Source of the DNA: Lachnospiraceae bacterium
GTDB lineage: Bacteria > Bacillota > Clostridia > Lachnospirales > Lachnospiraceae
NCBI GenBank assembly: GCA_017623815.1
Contig: JAGAOK010000011.1
Location: 40,279 to 104,278, forward strand
DNA length: 64,000 bases
Direction of reading: 5' to 3'
Position 1 is the stretch's first letter. Each line of letters starts with the position of its first letter. Below are positions 46,521 to 56,879 of this stretch, piece after piece. A program made the translations under genes and the position numbers. A model generated the notes under the pieces. That model saw nothing but the letters and a program-made list of their open reading frames with translations, made no database searches and was not told where the DNA came from.

Positions 46521-47749
46521 GTTACTTCTCCAGCTGCACTGTGACATCCTGCAACATATCCGCTGCTCCATGCCCACTGCAGGTTATATCCTCCGCATCT
46601 TCCGTCGATATCCATGATCTCTCCTGCAAAATAGAGACCTTCTACCTTTTCGGACATCATCGTGTGCGGATTAATTTCGTTTGTATCCACACCGCCCATT
46701 GTTGCCTGCGCTGCCTCAAATCCGGGGTAGGAACAAACCTCCAGCGGAAACGCTTTTATGAGTGAAACCACCCTGCCAAGCTCCTTTTGGGATAATTTTC
46801 CCATCTCTTTGTCAAACGGGACCGAAGCCCGGCGAAATATGGCCTGACTTACTTTTTTATTTACGATTGCCGAAAACACTTCCGATGCCGGAATATTGTT
46901 ATAAATAATTTTTAAATGATTCTCCATTTTATTTAACAGAAACTCGATATCCTCATGAGGAAGAAAATCAATGACTACTGCCACTTTCTTTTTCTGATCC
47001 AACGCTCTGATGGCCGCGTGACTGAACTGAAAAACCGGAATTCCGGACACATTGTCTTTATTTAGTTGCAGCTCTCCCTCTTCGGTCTGTATCAAAGTTC
47101 CGTCAACATACAAGGATACCTGTGCTCCGGCGCGCACACCGGCGAGTTCTTTCAAGCAAGCATCCTTACTACGCACATACGTCAGTACCGGCAAAGGTTT
47201 CACAATCCGGTGGCCGAGCATTTTTGCCAGTTTATATCCGCTGCCGTCCGACCCTGTCGCCGGCGCAGCATTTCCACCGCAGGCAAGAATCAGCTTATCA
47301 AATACAAATTTTTTCTCTCTACCGCCCAGATAAAATTTTCCATCTTTCTTTTGTATCGTATCTATGTAACACTCTGTCTCTATGCGGATGTTTAATACGT
47401 CTAATTGGAATCGAAGCACATTTAAAAGAGTGGATGCCTGACCGCTGTGCGGATAATAATAACCGTCTCTTTTGCAGGTGACCGCCATTCCGCAATCCTC
47501 AAAAAACAGAAGTGTTTTCTGATTGTCAAACACCTTTAGTGCAGGCTCCGCAAAAGAAGGATGATTGCCGTTATAATCACCCTTCGAAAGATTCTGGTTC
47601 GTGAAATTACACTTCCCGTTTCCTGTGGATAATATTTTTTTACCCACTCGCGCGGTATGTTCTATTATCGTGACCTGTGCCCCCGCACGGGCTGCTGTAA
47701 TCGCAGCCATCATACCGGACGCGCCACCGCCGATTACTCCGATGCGCAT
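46493..47749 (-). CDS. BaiN/RdsA (HI0933-like) family NAD(P)/FAD-dependent oxidoreductase
   Basis: MRIGVIGGGASGMMAA, with the SD AAAGGAAC. The C-terminal GGYNLQWAWSSG is typical of the family. It overlaps the next gene by 28 nt. Confidence 0.75.
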   Translation of the reverse strand: MRIGVIGGGASGMMAAITAARAGAQVTIIEHTARVGKKILSTGNGKCNFTNQNLSKGDYNGNHPSFAEPALKVFDNQKTLLFFEDCGMAVTCKRDGYYYPHSGQASTLLNVLRFQLDVLNIRIETECYIDTIQKKDGKFYLGGREKKFVFDKLILACGGNAAPATGSDGSGYKLAKMLGHRIVKPLPVLTYVRSKDACLKELAGVRAGAQVSLYVDGTLIQTEEGELQLNKDNVSGIPVFQFSHAAIRALDQKKKVAVVIDFLPHEDIEFLLNKMENHLKIIYNNIPASEVFSAIVNKKVSQAIFRRASVPFDKEMGKLSQKELGRVVSLIKAFPLEVCSYPGFEAAQATMGGVDTNEINPHTMMSEKVEGLYFAGEIMDIDGRCGGYNLQWAWSSGYVAGCHSAAGEVTCYESINVK

Positions 47750-47780
47750 GGTAGTTCCTTTCTGCTTCCTCCCCATTTCA

Positions 47781-48467
47781 TCAGCTTGAATACGATTCAA
47801 GCAGATTATATAGTTCCTGTTCGGAAGCCACATTCTTTCCTTCTAAAATTTCCTGCTGGATTGTTTCCGGAAGATCAAACAACGAAATGTCTGTATACAA
47901 AATGACATGTCGACGCATACCATCATATACGGTTAACAGTCCCTCCTGTGCCAGAATGCATCCGTAAATCCCTTCGTTACCCGACACGGTCTGTACTACT
48001 TCTGCCTGCATCAGCTGTGCAGGCTGCTTTGCCGGCTCAGGCTGTGGCTCTTCTATACTTTCCACCCGTTTTCTCACACGAATTTCCTGTGGAGAAAAGG
48101 ATAAAAGTTCCATAGACAAAAACCCGTCCTCCAGATCCTCCAAAGGGACACTCAGATTATAATCATCCAGCCACTCAACAAGCTGCTGTCGATTCATTCC
48201 GATGATTGCGGCCGGAAGAAGTTCCTGATAGACTTCCTGACGCCCTGTGGAAAGATCATATTCCGAGATGGTATAAATCGTGTCACACGTTACATGCTCC
48301 TGCACAGCAGAAGTTTGTGTACTTTCCGGTTGCCTTGTATTTTGTTCCAAAGCAACTTCTCCCGCGGACAAGAGATACTCCCTCATCAGAAGCTCACCTC
48401 CGCGGACTAATATATATCCTGCAAATAAAATATTTAATATAATACTGATACGATAAACAACCTTCAT
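47781..48467 (-). CDS. Hypothetical membrane-anchored protein
   Basis: 228 aa with an N-terminal TM segment. I recognise no motif. Confidence 0.4.
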   Translation of the reverse strand: MKVVYRISIILNILFAGYILVRGGELLMREYLLSAGEVALEQNTRQPESTQTSAVQEHVTCDTIYTISEYDLSTGRQEVYQELLPAAIIGMNRQQLVEWLDDYNLSVPLEDLEDGFLSMELLSFSPQEIRVRKRVESIEEPQPEPAKQPAQLMQAEVVQTVSGNEGIYGCILAQEGLLTVYDGMRRHVILYTDISLFDLPETIQQEILEGKNVASEQELYNLLESYSS

Positions 48468-48520
48468 ACCTACTCCTTACAGCTGTTAGTTCTTGTATCA
48501 GTATTTCCGATATTCTTTTT

Positions 48521-50146
48521 TTAATACTTACCAATCATTTTTGCCAGTGCAACGGGCAGTCCTGATGCAGGTACTTCTCTCCACTCATGCGCTTCAAACA
48601 AATGAAGAAATACGCACACCAGCACAAATACCAGATATGCTACTCCCATACTCAGAATCATCATCACTCCGGAAGGAACCATCGCTCCGAGCAGTGTATA
48701 TATTCCAAATGCTGCCGCCGCAGCAATTACGGCTCCTATCAACGAAATTCCCAAACATTCAAACAAACGATTGTAGATACGTATTTTCTTTAACACCAGG
48801 AATCCTGTCAAAAGGAAAAACAAAAGGTTTGCCAAAACATATGCATATGCCACACACTCCTCCGGTGTCTGGCCGCTCCATGACAAAATGAACCAAAACC
48901 CGATTCCTGACACACCGAAAAGTCCTGCACACAAATTTCGTACATAAGGTTTTATCAAAACTGACATCGCCTGACGGAAAAAAATGCCAAACGCCACCAA
49001 AACAGCACAAACCATTCCGATACGTATTACCCCTGCAAGTGCTTCCTGTTCTACATCAAACAACGTCTCAGCAAGTAAAGATGCCAAGACTCCTCCAAAC
49101 ACTACCGGCAGTAGCGTCACATAGGATAACAATTTCATATAAAAACACATACGCTCTTTTGCGTGGTGATAATCTGCCTGTTTCATAATAGCCGTAAGCT
49201 GCTTTGTGAACGAAGCGCCAATCTGCCATGCCGGTAATGCTACCGGAAGAATAAGTACTACCATTCCCACATACAGCATACCTGCACCGCCCTGCGCCAG
49301 CCCACTCATATGCGCATAAACCACAAACAGAACAACGGCCAATATCACACCAATATGCTCAATAAACACACTCTTTATATAATTACTGAAAAAGTTCCAT
49401 AAGATATCCTGTGTTGAATCTGTCTTATGTGCTTCATCATTTCGAACTCTTCGGCGAATCTCTTTTCCAAACACCGTACGCACCATAATCAAAAACATCG
49501 TTCCGAGGATTCCGCCGATCACCAGACCGAGTGCACCGCTACATGATGCATACGCATACAGGTAAGCATCCTGTCTCATCAGGGCAGAAACCTTCGTTCC
49601 ATATTCCGTAAATGCGGGCTGCGTAAGAATTGTAACAATCAATGCCGTCAAAAAAGACAGCAAGTCCGCATAGATTCCCGGCATCGGATTCCCAACGCCC
49701 TCCATATACCCTCTGATTGAAAACATCACAATCCAAAACCAGATTGCGAGGGATATAATTCGAATCTGCAGACTACAAAGCTTCGTATGAAACAGCAGCG
49801 TACTAAGCTGCGGTGCTGCGAAAAAGAGGGTCGCTGACACAATCGTAGCCGTTATTAAAAGCATTCCTGTAATCACCCGATATACCTTCATCGCATTTCG
49901 GTAATTCCCATGATTAAACTGAAAATATATTAATCTTTTTTCAATTCCAAGCACTGCAATACCAAACAAAATATAGCATAGTATAAACAAGATATCTCCG
50001 TATGCATAAAAAGATACTCCGTTCATTCCCGTCTGATACGAGAGATACACCATTTTAATCACAAACACAAACAAGATGGTCCATGCTGCAATTCCCTTGA
50101 CTCCGTTCTGCTTTATAAAATTTGATCTTTTGTTTTTTTCGCTCAT
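48521..50146 (-). CDS. MOP-superfamily flippase-like membrane protein (SpoVB/MurJ/polysaccharide biosynthesis family)
   Basis: 541 aa with about 14 TM segments. The family assignment rests on topology and sequence character only. Confidence 0.5.
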   Translation of the reverse strand: MSEKNKRSNFIKQNGVKGIAAWTILFVFVIKMVYLSYQTGMNGVSFYAYGDILFILCYILFGIAVLGIEKRLIYFQFNHGNYRNAMKVYRVITGMLLITATIVSATLFFAAPQLSTLLFHTKLCSLQIRIISLAIWFWIVMFSIRGYMEGVGNPMPGIYADLLSFLTALIVTILTQPAFTEYGTKVSALMRQDAYLYAYASCSGALGLVIGGILGTMFLIMVRTVFGKEIRRRVRNDEAHKTDSTQDILWNFFSNYIKSVFIEHIGVILAVVLFVVYAHMSGLAQGGAGMLYVGMVVLILPVALPAWQIGASFTKQLTAIMKQADYHHAKERMCFYMKLLSYVTLLPVVFGGVLASLLAETLFDVEQEALAGVIRIGMVCAVLVAFGIFFRQAMSVLIKPYVRNLCAGLFGVSGIGFWFILSWSGQTPEECVAYAYVLANLLFFLLTGFLVLKKIRIYNRLFECLGISLIGAVIAAAAAFGIYTLLGAMVPSGVMMILSMGVAYLVFVLVCVFLHLFEAHEWREVPASGLPVALAKMIGKY

Positions 50147-50165
50147 ATATTATCCTCTGATTTTC

Positions 50166-50666
50166 TCAGTCTCTGTCAATTCCCATGGAATGTAAAATCG
50201 CGTGTTGCCTTGCAAACATCTCTTTCTCTTCTTCTGCTTCCATATGGTCATAGCCCAATAAATGAAGCATACTGTGCGTCAATAAAAATGCGAATTCACG
50301 CAAAAGTGTATGTCCAAACTCCTCCGCCTGTGATCTTACCCGCTCCTCGTTTAAAATAATATCTCCGAGAACAAGCTCACCGCTGTCCGGATTGATATAG
50401 CAACTTTCATCCTCCCTGACAAGCGAAAAATCGGAAGGTGCATCATAATCTACTGCCGGAAACGACAGGACATCCGTTTCTTTATCAATCTGTCTGTATT
50501 CTCTGTTATATACCCGAATACCTTCCGCATCCGTAATCAAAAGGCTGATTTCGGCCTCGTATTCACATTTTTCGTATTTTAAAGCCTCACGCGCTACCCG
50601 CTCAAAGGTTTCTGCTATATCAAACGGGAACTCCGCCTGCGTTTCATTCTCAACGTAAAAAGTCAT
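50166..50666 (-). CDS. ybeY: rRNA maturation endoribonuclease YbeY
   Basis: 166 aa with the zinc motif HSMLHLLGYDH. Confidence 0.92.
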   Translation of the reverse strand: MTFYVENETQAEFPFDIAETFERVAREALKYEKCEYEAEISLLITDAEGIRVYNREYRQIDKETDVLSFPAVDYDAPSDFSLVREDESCYINPDSGELVLGDIILNEERVRSQAEEFGHTLLREFAFLLTHSMLHLLGYDHMEAEEEKEMFARQHAILHSMGIDRD

Positions 50667-51909
50667 AATATAAGGTTTCCTCCATAAACATCGTACGAAT
50701 CTGGCGAAGCTGATCCATGGTCAATTCACAATGATCCAGCAAACCGCTTCCTATCTGCTTCTTAAATACCACCGAAACAATCTGTTCATAGTCAAGTACC
50801 GCATTTTTATCCTTTTCAAACAAAAACATCACCGAAGAAACCATTGCATCCGCCAAAACCACAATTGCCGCCTCCTTTGAGCGAAGCACGGTATTCTTCC
50901 CGCCATATTCCTTTAAAAGTTGTACAAGCTGTGGCGGAAAATGATATTCTTTTGCAATCTCAAGGGCATTTTTCAGATTATTCGTTCCGCGCATCTTTCC
51001 GATTTTGTGATAATATCCGCCTGCCTTTGCAAGCATCTCATCTGCTCCGATTTTTCTGGCAAGTTTCTCACTGAAATACGCCGTATGCACTGCGTGATAG
51101 TACGCTCTCTGTGATGTATTTTTTAATTCTGTCAAAAGAGCAAATTCCGGATCATTAATTTCCTGATACTTATCTCTGTCCTTATGTAAAATATGATAAC
51201 TGACATATTTCAGAACAAATGTCAAAAGTAAAAAACTGACAAAAATATTGATGGCCACATATAAAAATGCATCAAACTGAAGATGGCCGCTGAGCGCAAA
51301 TTCCATCGTAAGAAGCGCCGCAAACACAAGTACCAGTCCCGTAAAAAGAGGAACTCCGAATACAAAATCGATATCCAGATAACTAAACAACGCTATTCCG
51401 ATGATTCCGATGCAGACATAGGCAAAAAATACAACCGGATCTGCCCCCGTAAGCATCATCTGAAGATACAATAGAAGCAGATAAGATACAATTCCTGTCT
51501 GAAGTCCGGAAAACAGTACCAGCGTAACAGCCAGCGGTAAAAACAGCCATAGTTTGTCTATCAGAAAAACATTAAGCACCACAAGCAGTATTCCCACAAC
51601 ATAAACTGTCAAAAAACGCCCCGGGTGTTTTGCGTTGTTATAATAAAATCCATTTTTGCAAAACGCTGTCAAAACCACAAACATATATACCACCGATAAA
51701 AGTATCAGTCTGAGTTCATTCGTCACAAAAACATCATTCAGGCAATTGGACATAAAACAATACAAAAAATACACCAGGGAAGGAAGCAGTGCTGCCAGAA
51801 GTGTAACCGCAATCTCTTTAATACCTACGATTTCTCTGACCCGTTTCTCCTGTTTTTCTCGATTCTTTTTTTGTAACTTTTCTAGTTTCTTTTCTTTCAT
51901 ACTCTTCAT
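50650..51909 (-). CDS. 7TM-HD family protein (PgpH/YqfF-like), short form with an apparently degenerate HD motif
   Basis: 419 aa with about 7 TM segments and a C-terminal HD-like domain (YYHAVHTA...GGYYHKIGK...EYGGKN). It shows phoH-yqfF-ybeY synteny. Confidence 0.7.
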   Translation of the reverse strand: MKSMKEKKLEKLQKKNREKQEKRVREIVGIKEIAVTLLAALLPSLVYFLYCFMSNCLNDVFVTNELRLILLSVVYMFVVLTAFCKNGFYYNNAKHPGRFLTVYVVGILLVVLNVFLIDKLWLFLPLAVTLVLFSGLQTGIVSYLLLLYLQMMLTGADPVVFFAYVCIGIIGIALFSYLDIDFVFGVPLFTGLVLVFAALLTMEFALSGHLQFDAFLYVAINIFVSFLLLTFVLKYVSYHILHKDRDKYQEINDPEFALLTELKNTSQRAYYHAVHTAYFSEKLARKIGADEMLAKAGGYYHKIGKMRGTNNLKNALEIAKEYHFPPQLVQLLKEYGGKNTVLRSKEAAIVVLADAMVSSVMFLFEKDKNAVLDYEQIVSVVFKKQIGSGLLDHCELTMDQLRQIRTMFMEETLYYDFLR

Positions 51910-52843
51910 AAGCCTTTACGATTTTTTGTACAAGTGGATGTCTTACTACATCCTTGCTCGTAAGATTACAAAATTCAATTTCATCAACCTTTGACAGTAC
52001 CCTGACTGCAACATCCAGTCCGCTCGTCGTTCCGGCTGCCAGATCCTTTTGGGACGCATCCCCTGTTACAACAACTTTAGAGCCAAATCCGATACGCGTC
52101 AAAAACATTTTCATCTGTGCTTCGGTCGTATTCTGTGCCTCGTCAAGAATAATATAGGCATTGTCCAGTGTTCTGCCTCGCATATACGCAAGCGGTGCCA
52201 CTTCGATCAGACCTTTTTCCGTATTTTTCTGGAAACTCTCCGCCCCCATAATCTGATATAATGCATCATAAAGAGGTCTTAAATACGGATCCACCTTGCT
52301 TTGCAGATCTCCGGGTAAAAAGCCGAGTTTTTCACCGGCCTCAATCGCGGGGCGGGTCAGAATGATGCGTTCCACTTCATTGTTCTTAAAAGCTGTGATT
52401 GCCATTGCCATGGCAAGATACGTTTTTCCGGTTCCGGCCGGACCAAGACCGAATACAATCATATGATCGCGCATCGCCTCAACATAGCGTTTTTGCCCCA
52501 GGGTCTTTGGCTTAATCGGTTTTCCCGCTACTGTATGACAAATACAGGTCCCGTCCATCGATGACAGATCAGGATCTTCTCCCTCCTGTGACAGTTCAAG
52601 CGCATAATTGACTCTCTGTTCCTCCAGCGGGTTTCCTTCTCTGATTGACTGTGCCAATGACAGAATCAGTTTTTCAGCTTTTTCTGCGTTCGCTTTTTCG
52701 CCTTTGATGCGAAGCACTCCCTCGCGGTCAAGTACCATCACTCCAAGCTGCTTTTCTATTTTAGCAATATGCGAATCATATTGTCCGAAAATACTTTGCA
52801 TGACATCCATATCAAGTTCAAGCTGCAGTGTAAATTCACTCAA
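51818..52843 (-). CDS. phoH: PhoH family ATPase
   Basis: 341 aa with Walker A GPAGTGKTYLA and DEAQN. The K/E/R-rich tail overlaps the next gene. Confidence 0.9.
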   Translation of the reverse strand: MSEFTLQLELDMDVMQSIFGQYDSHIAKIEKQLGVMVLDREGVLRIKGEKANAEKAEKLILSLAQSIREGNPLEEQRVNYALELSQEGEDPDLSSMDGTCICHTVAGKPIKPKTLGQKRYVEAMRDHMIVFGLGPAGTGKTYLAMAMAITAFKNNEVERIILTRPAIEAGEKLGFLPGDLQSKVDPYLRPLYDALYQIMGAESFQKNTEKGLIEVAPLAYMRGRTLDNAYIILDEAQNTTEAQMKMFLTRIGFGSKVVVTGDASQKDLAAGTTSGLDVAVRVLSKVDEIEFCNLTSKDVVRHPLVQKIVKAYEEYERKETRKVTKKESRKTGETGQRNRRY

Positions 52844-54056
52844 TGTTTTTTTCTCCTGTTTGTTTCATTTCACTGATTATCTCAGGCTCCCCATCGGACA
52901 TTTCCACCAAAATTTTCCCTCTTGCCCGCAAAGTGCGCCCATTCTTTTCTATTTTAACATTTTTTTCAACTATTTGAACCCCTTTTTGTTGTAAAGTTTC
53001 GCAAAATTTTTCAAATTCATAATTAAGCAGTGCTTCTCCTTCAGATTGTGTATAAACAAAGTCGTCATACCGATACTCCTGATACTTGATTTTCCCGTAA
53101 TAAATCGGAAGATAAAAATCATTTAGCAGCTTTCCCTGTTTTAAATCCGTCACAATATCATACTGCTCATAGTCGGGAATTTTTGCAGACGAGAAACTGT
53201 TTTTATACACCCGAACATAATATGCCGCCTTTTCCTGTCCGGTATACACCTTTTTTTGATAATCCAGTTTCAAAGTCTTATGATATTTAAGTTCTGTTTC
53301 CAAACGCACATCCGCATCCGATCTGACATACATATACTCTTTTATCGTTTCATCATCGTTATAGACCGGTACTTCTCCTCCTACCAGAACGTCTCCCTTT
53401 TTCACCTCATCGCCGGGTTTCACCTTCGGGACTCCGTTTCTTGTAATAATCGAAACCACATTCCCCGAAACCGTTGCAAGTAAATTGCACGGCTCGTTTT
53501 GTACCGGCCGCTCTTCCACGCTTTGTTCGTTCTCTTTCACATACACAAACAGCCGGGTCCCCTCCATTTTGCAGGACGTCCAAATAATAAAAGGATACTC
53601 ATCTCTTAGTGCCTTCTCTACCCTGTCAATATCAACTTCTCTTTTTAAGGATCCATACCCTACTCCCTGATCCTGCAAAAAAGAAAGAAGCATCTCCTGT
53701 GTCAGCCTCCCTTCATTTACCAGACGGATATCCCATAAAAACATTGAAACCAGATAAATACCTAAAACACAAAAAAGGAAGCCCCCGATAAATACTTTTC
53801 TTTTTTTCCACTTTTGCATATGAAAAGGCAGTCCTCTTTTTTCCAAAAGGACTACCTTTGTTTTTGTCTTTATAGCCATCGGTTTTAATCTAAAAAAATC
53901 TGCCACCGAAACATTCATTTCATATGCACCATCACCTGCTACAATATTCCAAAGTGATATATCATGCACGGAACACAGATTCAAAAAACGTTGCGGCACC
54001 GGCCCTGCTATACGTATCCTTACATATCCACGAAACAATCGAATGAACTTTACCAT
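52836..54056 (-). CDS. yqfD: Sporulation protein YqfD
   Basis: 406 aa. The N-terminus GYVRIRIAGPVPQRFLNLC..ISLWNI is typical of YqfD, and it follows yqfC. Confidence 0.8.
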   Translation of the reverse strand: MVKFIRLFRGYVRIRIAGPVPQRFLNLCSVHDISLWNIVAGDGAYEMNVSVADFFRLKPMAIKTKTKVVLLEKRGLPFHMQKWKKRKVFIGGFLFCVLGIYLVSMFLWDIRLVNEGRLTQEMLLSFLQDQGVGYGSLKREVDIDRVEKALRDEYPFIIWTSCKMEGTRLFVYVKENEQSVEERPVQNEPCNLLATVSGNVVSIITRNGVPKVKPGDEVKKGDVLVGGEVPVYNDDETIKEYMYVRSDADVRLETELKYHKTLKLDYQKKVYTGQEKAAYYVRVYKNSFSSAKIPDYEQYDIVTDLKQGKLLNDFYLPIYYGKIKYQEYRYDDFVYTQSEGEALLNYEFEKFCETLQQKGVQIVEKNVKIEKNGRTLRARGKILVEMSDGEPEIISEMKQTGEKNIE

Positions 54057-54067
54057 ACAATCTTCCT

Positions 54068-54349
54068 TTACAAAAAAAGTATCTGTGAAAGAATCCCTTC
54101 CACCTTCATCTCGTCATTCGTATAATAGCTTACTTTGAGGTTTTTCCCGACAATTCGCACTCTGCAACGCCCTGTTGCTATCATTACCGCCTCCGATGTG
54201 CACTCCAAAATACCTTTGTAATTTTCGATATACACCTCTTCACGTCCCGTCAGGCCAATCAGTGCCTCTCCTTTGGCCAAATCCTTGGGAAGTTTCAGTG
54301 TGTCCGTAATGTGATTTTTTGCATCTTCAAATAATTTTGGTTTTCTCAT
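54068..54349 (-). CDS. yqfC: Sporulation protein YqfC (YabP family)
   Basis: 93 aa with the LTGREEVYIENYKGILE pattern. Confidence 0.8.
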   Translation of the reverse strand: MRKPKLFEDAKNHITDTLKLPKDLAKGEALIGLTGREEVYIENYKGILECTSEAVMIATGRCRVRIVGKNLKVSYYTNDEMKVEGILSQILFL

Positions 54350-54370
54350 ATTTTACTATATGAGCGTCAT

Positions 54371-55696
54371 CTATCTTTCATTCCAACCCGACGGAAGAAT
54401 CACTTTTTTTATCAGCGGCTCCGTCTCTTTTTTTACATTTGTGATTGTATAAGCAGCAAGGAATCTTTCTGTTGCCTGCTCGCATTTTCCTTCGTCATTG
54501 GCATAAATCGTAGCCAGACTCTCGCCTTTTTCTACTTTATCACCGACTTTTTTATGCAGTATAAGCCCCACGGAAAGATCAATGGTACTTTCCTTCGTCT
54601 CTCTTCCACCGCCAAGAATCAAGGAACAGATTCCTATCTCGTCACATACAATTTTCTGAATATATCCCGCCTGCGGCGCCGGAATCTCCCTCTGCACTCT
54701 TGCCGTTTCAAACTTTTGCGGTTGATAGACATAGGACGGATCTCCTCCCTGCGCCTTCACAAACTCTGCCAGTTTTTCAAGTGCTTTTCCGTTTTCGATC
54801 ACTTCTTTGAGCATCTTTTCAGCCTGCTTCTCATCTTCCGCTTTCCCGGCTGCCACAAGCATATAGCTTCCAAGGCAGAGACAAAGCTGCGTGAAATCCT
54901 GCGGTCCCTCACCGCGCAGAGTCGCAATCGCCTCCTGTACTTCAAGAATATTGCCTACCGCAAAGCCAAGCGGCTGATCCATATCGGAAATAACTGCAAT
55001 CGTTTTTCTGCCCGCACCGTTTCCGATACGTGTCATCTCCTCTGCAAGCGCCACGGAATCCGTAAGTGTTTTCATAAATGCTCCGCTTCCGGTTTTGACA
55101 TCAAGCACAATCGCATCTGCACCGGACGCCAGTTTTTTGCTCATAATGGAGCTTGCAATCAACGAAATCTGATCCACCGTAGCCGTCACATCTCGAAGTG
55201 CGTATAATTTTTTATCTGCCGGAGCCAAATCCTTGGTCTGCCCCATAATAGATATTCCGATTTCATTTACATTACGTTCAAAAGCATCAATCTCAATCTC
55301 TGTAGAAAACCCCGGAAAACTTTCCAGCTTGTCAATGGTTCCCCCTGTATGTCCGAGTCCGCGGCCGCTCATTTTAGCTACCTTCACACCACATGCAGCC
55401 ACCATCGGTGTAAGTGCAAGTGATGTCTTATCTCCGACACCGCCGGTACTGTGTTTATCCACTTTCACTCCGGCAATTCCGGACAGATCAAGGGTATCGC
55501 CGCTTTCCGCCATCGCCATAGTAAGAGAAAGTGTCTCTTCCTCCGTCATTCCGTTAAAATAAATTGCCATCATCATTGCCGACATCTGATAATCCGGTAT
55601 CTCTCCTGCTGTATAGGAATTTACCATGTATCTGATTTCCTCCTGCGACAATGCACCGCCGTTTCTTTTCTTCATAATCAAGTCATACATTCTCAT
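54371..55696 (-). CDS. pdp: Pyrimidine-nucleoside (thymidine) phosphorylase
   Basis: 441 aa with [10 protein letters not shown] and [11 protein letters not shown]. Confidence 0.93.
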   Translation of the reverse strand: MRMYDLIMKKRNGGALSQEEIRYMVNSYTAGEIPDYQMSAMMMAIYFNGMTEEETLSLTMAMAESGDTLDLSGIAGVKVDKHSTGGVGDKTSLALTPMVAACGVKVAKMSGRGLGHTGGTIDKLESFPGFSTEIEIDAFERNVNEIGISIMGQTKDLAPADKKLYALRDVTATVDQISLIASSIMSKKLASGADAIVLDVKTGSGAFMKTLTDSVALAEEMTRIGNGAGRKTIAVISDMDQPLGFAVGNILEVQEAIATLRGEGPQDFTQLCLCLGSYMLVAAGKAEDEKQAEKMLKEVIENGKALEKLAEFVKAQGGDPSYVYQPQKFETARVQREIPAPQAGYIQKIVCDEIGICSLILGGGRETKESTIDLSVGLILHKKVGDKVEKGESLATIYANDEGKCEQATERFLAAYTITNVKKETEPLIKKVILPSGWNER

Positions 55697-55718
55697 TGCT
55701 ATACCCTCCTTCTTTTTT

Positions 55719-56369
55719 CTATACCTTCTGTTTTACCTTCTTCCCTGTTTTGCAAATATCTTTCAAACAACATTTCTCACAAAACGGCGTCGTTCTCGCC
55801 GTGCAGATTTCTCTGCCGTGATCTACAAAGCGATGACACAGATCATTTCCTTCCTCCGGCGGAACAATCTTCCAAAGCGTCATTTCTACTTTTTTCGGGT
55901 CTTTTATATCATCCACGAGTCCTATACGGTTACATAGACGGATACAGTGCGTATCCGTAACAATGGCAGGTTTTTTGTATATATCGCCGAGTACCAGATT
56001 GGCACTTTTCCGTCCTACCCCCGGAAGTTTTAAAAGTTCCTCCATGGTATCCGGAACTATTCCGTGATATTCATCCCGCAGCATTTTCATGCAGGCACTG
56101 ATATCTCTTGCTTTACTGTTTCCCAGTCCGCACGGGCGCACAATCTCTTCGATTTCTTTCACCGGTGCATCCGCCAGCGCATCCACATCCGGAAATTTTT
56201 GATACAAATCCTGTACCACCACATTGACCCGCGCATCCGTACACTGTGCAGCCAGACGCACGCTGACCAGCAGTTTCCAAGGCTCCTGATATTCCAAAGA
56301 ACACCCTGTATCCGGATACTCTTTTTTCAGTCTTTCAATTACCTCTTTTGCAAGATCTTTTTTTCTCAT
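55719..56369 (-). CDS. nth: Endonuclease III
   Basis: 216 aa with HhH-GPD ([12 protein letters not shown]) and the 4Fe-4S motif C-x6-C-x2-C-x5-C. Confidence 0.93.
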   Translation of the reverse strand: MRKKDLAKEVIERLKKEYPDTGCSLEYQEPWKLLVSVRLAAQCTDARVNVVVQDLYQKFPDVDALADAPVKEIEEIVRPCGLGNSKARDISACMKMLRDEYHGIVPDTMEELLKLPGVGRKSANLVLGDIYKKPAIVTDTHCIRLCNRIGLVDDIKDPKKVEMTLWKIVPPEEGNDLCHRFVDHGREICTARTTPFCEKCCLKDICKTGKKVKQKV

Positions 56370-56378
56370 ATAGACTCC

Positions 56379-56858
56379 TTACTTATGATACGGCTCATGA
56401 CTGATAATCCGATACGCTCTGTATATCTGTTCTAATAGTATAACACGCATGAGCTGATGTGGAAATGTCATCTTAGAAAAACTGAGTTTATAATCCGCGC
56501 GTGAAAGGACGCTCTGATGCAGTCCGAGAGACCCGCCGATAATCAACTGAATATGACTTGTCCCCTGCACTCCCAGTTTCTCAATCTTGTCTGCCAGCTG
56601 CACAGAATCCAGCTGTTTTCCTTCAATCGCCAGTGCCATCACATAGGCATCGTCGCGCACATGTTTCATAATACGCTCTGCTTCTTTTGCCTTAATCTGC
56701 GCTTCCTCCGTTTCGCTTGCTTTATCCGGCGTTTTTTCATCCGCCACTTCTACAATATCAAGTTTGCAATATTTCGAAAGGCGCTTAGAGTATTCCTCTA
56801 TAGCGCCTCTGAAATACGATTCTTTTACTTTTCCAACCGTAATTATTGTAATTTTCAT
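56379..56858 (-). CDS. rlmH: 23S rRNA (pseudouridine1915-N3)-methyltransferase RlmH
   Basis: [10 protein letters not shown] start with the SD AAGGA, and SPOUT-family sequence. Confidence 0.92.
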   Translation of the reverse strand: MKITIITVGKVKESYFRGAIEEYSKRLSKYCKLDIVEVADEKTPDKASETEEAQIKAKEAERIMKHVRDDAYVMALAIEGKQLDSVQLADKIEKLGVQGTSHIQLIIGGSLGLHQSVLSRADYKLSFSKMTFPHQLMRVILLEQIYRAYRIISHEPYHK

Positions 56859-56879
56859 ATCTGATTCCTTATGCATAAG

